NCBI GenBank assembly: GCA_035574195.1
Contig: DATLZE010000066.1
Span: 19,066-83,065 of the forward strand
Source of the DNA: Burkholderiales bacterium
Lineage (GTDB): Bacteria > Pseudomonadota > Gammaproteobacteria > Burkholderiales > SG8-41
Length of the DNA stretch: 64,000 nucleotides
Reading direction: 5' to 3'
The translations under genes and the position numbers were made by a program. The notes beneath the pieces are model-generated. The model worked only from the letters and a program-made list of their open reading frames with translations, made no database searches and was not told the DNA's origin. Below, one piece after another: positions 33,506-47,600 of this stretch. The first letter of the stretch is position 1. Every line of letters starts with the position of its first letter.

Positions 33506-34810
33506 ATGAGCGAGCCAGCATCCACGTTCGGTGTCGCCGGGCTGCGGCGCCTGCTGCTCGAGGCGCGCGCCCGCACCCTCGCCCATGCGCACGATCTGCA
33601 CGGCGCACAGCTGCTGGGGCCGCGCCTCGCGATCGTCAACCCGCCGCTGTGGGAAATCGGCCACGTCGGCTGGTTCCAGGAATACTGGTGCCTGCGCCAC
33701 CGGCCGCGGCGAACGCCGCTGGCACCGCTGCTTCCGGGCGCCGATGCGCTCTACGATTCCGCGATCGTTCCCCATGCCGCGCGCTGGGACCTGCCCCTGC
33801 CCGGGCTCGAGGCGACGCTGCGCTATCTCGAACGGGTCCTGCAGCGCGTGCTCGAGCGCCTCGAGCGGGAGGGCGCCACGCCGCACTTGCGCTACTTCGT
33901 CCAGCTCGCCGCGTATCACGAGGAAATGCACTGCGAGGCGTTCACCTACACGCGCCAGACGCTCGGCTATGCCGCCCCCCCTGACGGTCCCGTGAAGGCC
34001 GGGCTGGGCGCCGGGCCCTGTCCGGGCGATGTCGAGATCCCGGGCGGTGAATTTCTCCTGGGCGCCTCGCCGCAGGACGCATCCTTCGTCTTCGACAATG
34101 AAAAATGGGCGCATCGCGTGCGGGTCGCGCCGTTCGCGATCGCGCGCGCCCCGGTCACCAACGCCGAATTCGCCGCCTTCGTCGCCGACGGCGGCTACTG
34201 CCGGCGCGAGCTGTGGAGCAGGGCGGGCTGGCGCTGGCGGGAACAGGCCCGGGTCAATGGCCCTCTGTACTGGGAGAAGAACGGCGGAGACTGGATGCGC
34301 CGCCTCTACGACAGGATGATCGAGCTTTCGCCTCATGCGCCCGTGATCCATGTCAGCTGGTACGAGGCGGACGCTTATTGCCGCTGGGCGGGGCGGCGGC
34401 TGCCGACGGAGGCCGAATGGGAATTCGCTGCCGCTGCGGTGCCCGCTGTGGCCGGCGAGAAGCGCAAGTATCCGTGGGGCGATGCGGACGGGCAAGCGCA
34501 ACGGGCCAACTTGTATGGAACGCTCGGCACCTGCGCCGACGTCGCGGCGTTTCCGGAAGGCGACAGCGCATGGGGCTGCCGCCAGATGCTGGGCAACGTC
34601 TGGGAATGGGTCGCCGACTGGTTCGGTCCCTACCCGGGTTATATCCGCGACCCCTACAAGGAGTACTCGGAGCCTTGGTTCGGCGACCACAAGGTGCTGC
34701 GCGGCGGCAGCTTCGCGACGCGCGCGGCGCTGCTGCGCAATACCTGGCGCAATTTCTACACGCCGGACCGGCGCGACGTCTTCGCCGGATTCCGCACCTG
34801 CGCGGCGTGA
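33506..34810 (+). CDS. senA: EgtB-family non-heme-iron C-S/C-Se bond-forming synthase, SenA-like (selenoneine synthase candidate)
   Basis: 434 aa. DinB_2-type 3-His site (WEIGHVGWFQEYW ... AAYHEEMHCEAF) plus an FGE-sulfatase domain (...NVWEWVADWF...VLRGGSFATR...FAGFRTCA). It is adjacent to the SenB-like GT. Confidence 0.7.
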   Translation: MSEPASTFGVAGLRRLLLEARARTLAHAHDLHGAQLLGPRLAIVNPPLWEIGHVGWFQEYWCLRHRPRRTPLAPLLPGADALYDSAIVPHAARWDLPLPGLEATLRYLERVLQRVLERLEREGATPHLRYFVQLAAYHEEMHCEAFTYTRQTLGYAAPPDGPVKAGLGAGPCPGDVEIPGGEFLLGASPQDASFVFDNEKWAHRVRVAPFAIARAPVTNAEFAAFVADGGYCRRELWSRAGWRWREQARVNGPLYWEKNGGDWMRRLYDRMIELSPHAPVIHVSWYEADAYCRWAGRRLPTEAEWEFAAAAVPAVAGEKRKYPWGDADGQAQRANLYGTLGTCADVAAFPEGDSAWGCRQMLGNVWEWVADWFGPYPGYIRDPYKEYSEPWFGDHKVLRGGSFATRAALLRNTWRNFYTPDRRDVFAGFRTCAA

Positions 34811-35628
34811 AGCGAATCAGCTCAGCAGACAATCCGCATTACAAGGCGCTGCGGCGCCTCGTTCAATCCTCCCAGGAGCGGAAGAAAACAGGGCTGTCGG
34901 TGCTCGATGGCGCACGCCTCGTCGCGGCCTATCGCGAGCAGGGCGGCACGCCCGAGGAAATCGTCATCAGCAACTCGGCAGGCGCCGATCCGCAGGTGCA
35001 GGCCCTGCTGCAGGATATGCCAGGATCGCAGCTCCTCGTGCTGAGCGACGCGCTGTTCGCGGGGCTGTCCTCGGTCGCGACACCGACCGGGATCCTCGCC
35101 GTGGTGAGGACCCCGCGCCCGCAGCCGCTACCGCAGGAAATGGACGCCTGCGTGATGCTGGAGGGGCTCCAGGATCCTGGCAACCTCGGCTCGATCCTGC
35201 GCACCTGCGCCGGGGCGGGGGTGCGCCACGTGCTGCTGTCGAGGGACGCGGTGCACGCCTGGTCACCGCGCGTGCTGCGCGCCGCGATGGGAGCGCATTT
35301 CGCGCTCCAGATCCACGAGCACGTTGACTTGGCGCAGGCAGCGGCCGCGTTTCCCGGAAAACGGATCGCGACTGATCGGCACGCCGTGCGCTCTCTCTAC
35401 GACGTGGATCTCACGGGCCGGGTCGCGCTGCTCTTCGGGCGCGAGGGCAGCGGCCTCACGCTCCGGCTCAAGCAGGCGGCCGACGAGGTGGTGGCGATTC
35501 CGATGCCGGGGGGGATCGAGTCGCTCAACGTCGCGGCAGCGGCGGCCGTGTGCCTGTTCGAGCGGGTGAGGCAGCTTTCAGCGCTCGGCGACCGATCATC
35601 GACTGCCTCCGGCAAGGGAGGAAGCTGA
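34807..35628 (+). CDS. SpoU/TrmH-family RNA 2'-O-methyltransferase
   Basis: GTG start overlaps the senA stop (GTGA), giving 273 aa. Motifs LEGLQDPGNLGSILRTCAGAG, LLFGREGSGL and IPMPGGIESLNVAAAAAVCLFE. Confidence 0.88.
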   Translation: MKRISSADNPHYKALRRLVQSSQERKKTGLSVLDGARLVAAYREQGGTPEEIVISNSAGADPQVQALLQDMPGSQLLVLSDALFAGLSSVATPTGILAVVRTPRPQPLPQEMDACVMLEGLQDPGNLGSILRTCAGAGVRHVLLSRDAVHAWSPRVLRAAMGAHFALQIHEHVDLAQAAAAFPGKRIATDRHAVRSLYDVDLTGRVALLFGREGSGLTLRLKQAADEVVAIPMPGGIESLNVAAAAAVCLFERVRQLSALGDRSSTASGKGGS

Positions 35629-35683
35629 ATATTGCGCTTCCTATGCCGCTTGGAGCTGATCGCTGCAAGCCGATAACTGGCGG

Positions 35684-36508
35684 CTAATAGATCCTCCGCA
35701 CCAGCTTCGCCTCGTGCAGGATGGTCGTCGCCAGCTCCTCGACCGACTTGCTGGTCGCGTCGAGGTAGGGAATGCCTTCCTGGCGCATCAGCGCCTCTGC
35801 GGCGCGCACCTCGTACTCGCAGTTGGCGAGCGTGGCGTAGCGGCTGCCCGGCCGGCGCTCGTTGCGGATCTGTTGCAGCCGCTCCGGCTGGATGGTGAGC
35901 CCATAGAGCCGGCGCTTGAGCGGCCGCAGCTGCGCCGGCAGCTGCCGGTGCTCGAAGTCCTCGGGGATCAGCGGATAGTTGGCAGCGCGCACGCCGTACT
36001 GCATCGCGAGGTAGAGGCAGGTCGGGGTCTTGCCGCAGCGCGATACCCCGACCAGGATCACGTCGGCGTCGGCGAGGTTGCGCGTGGCGTGGCCGTCGTC
36101 GTGCGCGAGCGCGTAGTTCACCGACTCGATGCGGTGATGGTAATTCACGAAGTCGGTGACGCTGTGCGAGCGACCGACCGCGTGCGAGGCCTTCACGCCG
36201 AGCTCGCGCTCGAGCGGCGAGATGAAGATCTCGAAGCAGTCGAGAAACAGGGCGTTTGCCTGTCCGACGACTTGCGCGATCTCGGTGCGAGCGAGCGTGC
36301 TGATCACGATCGGGCGCACGCCGTCTGCTGTGCCCTGGCGGTTGATCCGTTCCACGGCCTCGCGCGCCTTCTCCGGCGTGTCCACGAAGGGCAGCGTCAC
36401 TTCCTCGAACTGCACCCCGTCGAACTGAGTGAGCAGGCTGTGCCCGAGCATCTCCGCGGTAATGCCGGTACGGTCGGAAACGAAGAATGCCGTGCGCTTG
36501 TGCGCCAT
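35684..36508 (-). CDS. ppsR: PEP synthase regulatory protein (pyruvate, water dikinase kinase/phosphotransferase)
   Basis: ORF trimmed to [19 protein letters not shown], giving 274 aa. P-loop [10 protein letters not shown]. It is divergent from ppsA. Confidence 0.93.
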   Translation of the reverse strand: MAHKRTAFFVSDRTGITAEMLGHSLLTQFDGVQFEEVTLPFVDTPEKAREAVERINRQGTADGVRPIVISTLARTEIAQVVGQANALFLDCFEIFISPLERELGVKASHAVGRSHSVTDFVNYHHRIESVNYALAHDDGHATRNLADADVILVGVSRCGKTPTCLYLAMQYGVRAANYPLIPEDFEHRQLPAQLRPLKRRLYGLTIQPERLQQIRNERRPGSRYATLANCEYEVRAAEALMRQEGIPYLDATSKSVEELATTILHEAKLVRRIY

Positions 36509-36581
36509 CGGTGCTGCCCGCGGCGGATTTTGCCGGTAAAATAACGCGTTTTCCCGCGAACCACAATCGGTTGTTCCGCTC

Positions 36582-40782
<4,201 letters not shown>

Positions 40783-40786
40783 GCGG

Positions 40787-40927
40787 ATGGCTGAGCGGAT
40801 GGATCTCTGCGGCTTCAAGGCGGGACTCGATCAGCCGCTCTTTTTGATGGCGGGGCGAGGCGGACTCGGCGGGCGCGCAGCGCCGGGGGCGGGCAGCCGA
40901 GCGGGGCCCGCGGGTGGGAGCCGATGA
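40787..40927 (+). other. 46-codon mini-ORF made from a duplicated kdsA 5' end plus Gly/Ala/Arg-rich filler; its stop overlaps the kdsA ATG
   Basis: My own translation: [46 protein letters not shown]. The ATG lies 4 nt after the pyrG stop, and the TGA (40925-40927) overlaps ATG 40924-40926. Confidence 0.35.
40799..40854 (+). repeat. Direct repeat copy 1 (56 nt, 54/56 identical to 40933-40988)
   Basis: atggatctctgcggcttcaaggcgggactcgatcagccgctctttttgatggcggg. Confidence 0.9.
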
Positions 40928-41769
40928 GCGCAATGGATCTCTGCGGCTTCAAGGCGGGACTCGATCAGCCGCTTTTTTTGATAGCGGGCCCCTGCGTCAT
41001 CGAGTCCCGGCAGCTCGCGCTCGACACCGCCGGGCAGTTGAAGGAAATCTGCACCGAGCTCGGCATCCCCTTGATCTACAAATCGTCCTATGACAAGGCG
41101 AACAGGACCTCGATTAAATCCTTCCGTGGCTTGGGGATAGAAAAGGGTCTTCAGATTCTTGATGAAGTCCGGAACCAGCTTCGCGTTCCGGTCCTGACCG
41201 ACGTGCACGAGAGCGACGAGATCGAGGCGGCGGCGGCCGTGGCGGACGTGCTGCAGACGCCGGCTTTTCTCTGCCGGCAGACCGATTTCATCTGCGCCGT
41301 GGCCGCCACCGGCAAGCCGGTCAACATCAAGAAAGGCCAGTTCCTCGCCCCGCACGACATGAAGCACGTGGTGGAGAAGGCGAAATCGGCGAGCCGCCGC
41401 GACAACATTCTGGTATGCGAGCGCGGCGCTAGCTTCGGCTATCACAACCTGGTTTCCGACATGCGCTCGCTCGTGATCATGCGCGAGACAGGCTGCCCGG
41501 TGGTATTCGACGCCACCCATTCGGTGCAGCTGCCGGGAGCCAGCGGGGCGGCGAGCGGCGGCCAGCGCGAATTCGTGCCGGTGCTTGCGCGCGCGGCGGT
41601 GGCGAGCGGCATCGCAGGGCTGTTTATGGAGACCCATCCCGATCCGGACAAGGCGCTCTCCGACGGGCCCAACGCCTGGCCGCTGCACCTGATGAAACCG
41701 CTGCTCGAGACGCTGATGGAACTCGACGCCGTGGTCAAGCGCCGCGGGTTCGCGGAAGACCGGCTGTAG
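40924..41769 (+). CDS. kdsA: 3-deoxy-8-phosphooctulonate (KDO-8-P) synthase
   Basis: 281 aa. ...[25 protein letters not shown]...[11 protein letters not shown]. From my recollection of KdsA N-termini, ATG 40933 (MDLCGF) is the likelier true start. Confidence 0.94.
   Translation: MSAMDLCGFKAGLDQPLFLIAGPCVIESRQLALDTAGQLKEICTELGIPLIYKSSYDKANRTSIKSFRGLGIEKGLQILDEVRNQLRVPVLTDVHESDEIEAAAAVADVLQTPAFLCRQTDFICAVAATGKPVNIKKGQFLAPHDMKHVVEKAKSASRRDNILVCERGASFGYHNLVSDMRSLVIMRETGCPVVFDATHSVQLPGASGAASGGQREFVPVLARAAVASGIAGLFMETHPDPDKALSDGPNAWPLHLMKPLLETLMELDAVVKRRGFAEDRL
40933..40988 (+). repeat. Direct repeat copy 2, the genuine kdsA 5' coding end
   Basis: atggatctctgcggcttcaaggcgggactcgatcagccgctttttttgatagcggg. 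Confidence 0.9.
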
Positions 41770-41887
41770 CGCGGCGAGTCCAGAGGCGGCCTCAGCCTCC
41801 CAGATGCAACCGATGAATGCCGATATTTCTCGACGATTCGGGCAGCGAGGAATTTCTCTGTGTTTACCGGTGTTCATCCGCAGCTGA

Positions 41888-43231
<1,344 letters not shown>

Positions 43232-43237
43232 GCCGGC

Positions 43238-43540
43238 GTGAGAGTGCTGGCCCTGTCCCTGATCGCGTTGATCGTGCTGATCCAGTATCCGCTGTGGCTG
43301 GGCAAGGGCGGCTGGTTCCGGGTCTGGGAAGTGGAGCGGCAGGTCCGCGACCAGCGCGAGGTGAACCGCCGCCTGCAGGAGCGCAATCGCGCGCTCGAAG
43401 CCGAGGTGCGCGATCTCAAGGAGGGACTGGAGGCGGTCGAGGAGCGGGCGCGCAGCGAGCTCGGCATGATCCGGCAGGATGAAATCTTTTTCCAGCTCCT
43501 GGAGGGCGCGCCGCGCGCGGGCGGGGGCCCCGTGAAATGA
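43238..43540 (+). CDS. ftsB: Cell division protein FtsB
   Basis: 100 aa. N-terminal TM followed by a leucine-zipper coiled coil; the position after eno is conserved. Confidence 0.88.
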   Translation: MRVLALSLIALIVLIQYPLWLGKGGWFRVWEVERQVRDQREVNRRLQERNRALEAEVRDLKEGLEAVEERARSELGMIRQDEIFFQLLEGAPRAGGGPVK

Positions 43541-44406
43541 AGGTCCCGGAGGCGGTGGTGCTCGACGGAGCGGCTGCCGCCCGCGAAGTCTATTCGCGGT
43601 TGAAAGAGCGCACTGCGGCGCTCGCCCGGCTCGGGGTGCGCCCGGGGCTCGCCGCGGTGCTCGTGGGCGAGAACCCGGCCTCCCGCATCTACCTGCGCAA
43701 CAAGGCGCGCGCCTGCGAGGAAATCGGCGTGCGCTCCGAGCTCCACTCGCTCGAGGCCGGCTGCGCGCAGGAGGCGCTGCGCGCGAAGCTCGAGGCGCTC
43801 AACCGCGATCCCCACGTGCACGGCATCCTGCTCCAGCTCCCGCTGCCGCCGCATCTGGACGCGGCGGCAGCGATGCAGGCGGTGGCACCGGAGAAGGATG
43901 TGGACGGCTTCACCTGGGCGAACCTGGGGGCGCTCGTCGCGGGGCGCCCGCTCTACGAGCCGTGTACGCCCAAAGGCGTGCTCGCGCTGCTCGAGCGCGC
44001 GGGAATTGCGGTCGAAGGCCGCCAGGCGGTCGTGATCGGGCGCAGCACCATCGTCGGCAAGCCGATGGCACTGATGCTGATCGCGCGCGGCGCGACCGTC
44101 ACCGTGTGCCACAGCCGCACGCCCGATCTCGCGGCGCACACGCGGCGCGCCGACATCCTGGTGGTCGCGGCTGGCCGGCCGCGGCTCGTTACCGCCGACA
44201 TGGTCAAGCCAGGTGCGGCGGTGATGGACGTCGGCATCAACCGCATCGAGGGCGGGGGGATCGTCGGCGACGTGGATTTCGCGGGCGTGCGCGGCGTGGC
44301 CGGATGGATCACGCCGGTGCCGGGGGGCGTCGGGCCGATGACGGTCGCGATGGTGGTCGCGAATACGGTGCAGGCCGCGGAACGCGCCGCCCGCGCTCAG
44401 CAGTAG
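43537..44406 (+). CDS. folD: Bifunctional methylenetetrahydrofolate dehydrogenase / methenyl-THF cyclohydrolase
   Basis: 289 aa. VGENPASRIYLRNKARACEEIG, GILLQLPLP, and VIGRSTIVGKPMALML. Confidence 0.95.
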   Translation: MKVPEAVVLDGAAAAREVYSRLKERTAALARLGVRPGLAAVLVGENPASRIYLRNKARACEEIGVRSELHSLEAGCAQEALRAKLEALNRDPHVHGILLQLPLPPHLDAAAAMQAVAPEKDVDGFTWANLGALVAGRPLYEPCTPKGVLALLERAGIAVEGRQAVVIGRSTIVGKPMALMLIARGATVTVCHSRTPDLAAHTRRADILVVAAGRPRLVTADMVKPGAAVMDVGINRIEGGGIVGDVDFAGVRGVAGWITPVPGGVGPMTVAMVVANTVQAAERAARAQQ

Positions 44407-44537
44407 AAGGCGTTCGCGAAGTTGAGCAGCAATTCCGGGCCAAGATAGCTGCGCAGCCCGGCGTAGCTCACCAGCGCGGCGAGCGCAATCAGCATCAGCC
44501 ACATCAGGATGCGCAGCCTCTGGGTCATGCCGCTCAT
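44397..44537 (-). CDS. Hypothetical small membrane protein (46 aa)
   Basis: My own translation: MSGMTQRLRILMWLMLIALAALVSYAGLRSYLGPELLLNFANAFYC*. GC3-rich codons and one TM helix. Its 3' end overlaps the folD 3' end by 10 nt. It is below the ORF-track size cut-off. Confidence 0.35.
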   Translation of the reverse strand: MSGMTQRLRILMWLMLIALAALVSYAGLRSYLGPELLLNFANAFYC

Positions 44538-44613
44538 CGCGCCAGCACTCGCCGGCCACCATTATGGCACATGAATAGAACAGATGGTTATGAGGCCGGC
44601 GCTGAATCCTGGA

Positions 44614-44619
44614 TATAAT
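44614..44619 (+). promoter_or_regulatory. Perfect TATAAT hexamer in an AT-rich patch 29 nt upstream of the large oxidoreductase ORF
   Basis: ggaTATAATtcaacattttactg; there is no good -35. Confidence 0.3.
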
Positions 44620-44647
44620 TCAACATTTTACTGCACCGGAACCCGAT

Positions 44648-47600
44648 TTGACCGCGTTCCCGATCCCCGTCCCGGAATCCGGCCTTGAGTTCGGCGATCT
44701 TTACCAGCGCGAAGGGCTGCTGCGGCTCGACAGGCTGTTCCTCGAGCGACTGAAGCGCGAGGATCCCGCGCTTCACGATCGGCTCGAGCGCGGCCGTGCC
44801 GACCCCGCAGCGCTCGCCCCTCTGCAGGAGTCCGAACTGCTGCTCGAGCTCGCTCCTCGCCTCGAGCGCTTCATCGCGTGGCTCTTCGGCATCGAGGCCG
44901 AAGCGGCTGCGCTCTCCGCCCGCCACCGGGAGCTCGCGCCGCTCTACAGCGTCAGGCGCCAGTTTGTCCAGCGCAAAGCGATGCACCGCTTCACGCCGGC
45001 ACAGGCCGAGAAGCTCGACGGCCCGGCGCTCGCGGCGCGGCTCGAACAATGGATCGGGGAACCGCTCACCGAGCTCGCGTTCGCACGCCACGTCGCCGCC
45101 TGGGAAAAAGACCCTGCGGCGAACGCGGACCAGCTCGAGGCCGCGCTGCAATACGCTGCGTGGGCGGCGCTCACCGAAGCCGGGCGCGCCAGGCATCGCG
45201 CGGGCGTACTGTTCAAGGCGCCGCACAAGCTCGACCCGCAACGCCTCGTTCCCGCGGTCGAAGACCGGAGCCGGGGGTACACCGAGTACCGCTTCGGCCC
45301 GGAGCGGCTGCGCCGGCGCGAAGGTTTTCGCCTGACCGACGCCGGCACCGATCTCGCCGGCGCGCTCGGCGAGGCGCATTACTGCATCTGGTGCCACGAA
45401 CAGGGCAAGGACTCGTGTTCCAAGGGGCTGCTCGAAAAGGGGGCGAAGGGCCGGGGCGCGGCTTCCTTCAAGAAAAGCCCGCTCGGCGTGACGCTCGCGG
45501 GCTGCCCGCTCGAGGAGAAGATCTCCGAGTTCCACAAGGCGAAGGCCGAGGGTCACGCCATCGGCGCGCTCGCCATCATCGTCGTGGACAATCCGATGGT
45601 GGCCGCCACCGGGCACCGCATCTGCAACGACTGCATGAAATCGTGCATCTATCAAAAGCAGGAGCCGGTGAACATCCCGCAGGCCGAGACGAGGACGCTC
45701 AAGGACGTGCTGGAGCTCCCGTGGGGCTTCGAGATCTATTCGCTCCTCACGCGCTGGAACCCCCTCAACCTGCGCGCCCCATATCCCAAGCCTCCGAGCG
45801 GCCGGAGGGTGCTGGTAGCGGGCATGGGTCCGGCTGGCGTCGCGCTCGCGCACTACCTGATGAACGACGGCCATACGGTGGTGGGCGTGGACGGGCTGAA
45901 AATCGAGCCGCTCGCGCCGGAGCTCTCCGGCGTGAACGAGCGGGGCGCGCGCGTGCCGTTTCGCCCCGTGCGCGAGCTGAAGGAGCTCTACGAGGATCTC
46001 GACCGCCGCGTGATGGCGGGTTTCGGCGGAGTCGCCGAATACGGCATCACGGTGCGCTGGGACAAGAACTTCCTCAAGGTGTTGCGGCTGCTGCTCGAGC
46101 GCCGGCGCGAGTTCGCTCTCTTCGGCGGCGTGCGCTTCGGAAGCACGCTCGGCGTCGAGGACGCGTTCGCGCTGGGATTCGACCACGTCGCGCTCGCGAT
46201 CGGAGCCGGCCGCCCGACGGTGCTCGACCTTCCCAACGGGCTCGCCCGCGGCGTGCGCGCCGCTTCGGATTTTCTGATGGCGCTGCAGCTCACCGGCGCG
46301 GCGAGGACGGATTCGGTCGCCAACATGCAGCTGCGGCTGCCGGTAGTGGTGGTGGGCGGCGGGCTCACCGCGATCGATACCGCGACCGAGGCGCTCGCCT
46401 ATTATCCGGTGCAGGTCGAAAAATTCCTGCAGCGCTACGAGCGGCTCTCGCGCAGCCACGGCGAGGCCGCGGCGCGCGTCGCCTGGGACGAGGAGGAGCG
46501 AGAAATCGCCGACGAGTTCCTCGCGCACGCGCGGGCGATCCGCGAGGAGCGCGCCGCCGCCCGCGCCGAAGGGCGCGAGCCGCGGTTGCTCGAGCTGCTG
46601 CAGTCGTGGGGCGGCGTCACCATCGCCTACCGCAAGCGCCTGATTGACAGTCCCTCGTACACGCTCAACCACGAGGAAGTGCACAAGGCGCTGGAGGAGG
46701 GCGTGCGCTTCGCCGAGGGGCTCACGCCCCTCGCGGTCGAGGTGGACGAGCACGGACACGCGCGCGCGCTCAGGGTCTCGGTCCAGCGGCGCGAACCGGA
46801 CGGCAGCTGGGTCGAGACCGCGCGCACGGAGCTGCCGGCACGCACCATCCTGATCGCCGCCGGCACCCAGCCCAATACGGTGCTCGCGCGCGAGAACCCG
46901 TCGCGCTTCAGGCTCGACGGGCGCCACTTTCAGGCCTGCGACGAGGAGGGCAATCCGCTTCCGGTCGAAATGAACGCCGCCAAGCCCGAGGCGGTGCGGG
47001 TGCTGCTGTCGAAGAGCCCCGACGGGCGCTTCCTGAGTTTTTTCGGCGACGTCCATCCCTCCTACTTCGGTAACGTGGTGAAGGCGATCGGCAGCGCGCG
47101 TCAGGGCTATCCCGTCGTGAGCCGTGTGCTCGCGCGCCGGCCGCCGGCTTTCGCGGGAAGCGACGAGGCGTTTTTCTCGCGGCTGAACGAGGAGCTGCGC
47201 GCCACGGTGCACGGCGTGGAGCGCCTCACCCCGCTGATCGTCGAGGTGGTGGTGCGCGCTCCCGCCGCGGCGCGGCGCTTCCGCCCCGGGCAGTTCTATC
47301 GCCTGCAGAACTACGAGGCCCACGCCGCCGGTGCCGAAGGCACGCGCCTCGCCATGGAAGGCATCGCGCTCACCGGCGCCTGGGTAGACCGCGAGCGGGG
47401 GCTCGTCTCCGCCATCGTGCTCGAGATGGGCGGCTCCTCCGACCTCTGCGCGCTGCTCAAGCCGGGCGAGCCGGTAGTGCTGATGGGGCCGACGGGCTCG
47501 CCCACCGAAATTCCCTCGGGCGAGACGGTGGTGCTCGCCGGCGGCGGGCTCGGCAACGCGGTGTTGTTCTCGATCGGGCAGGCGTTGCGCCGCGCCGGCA

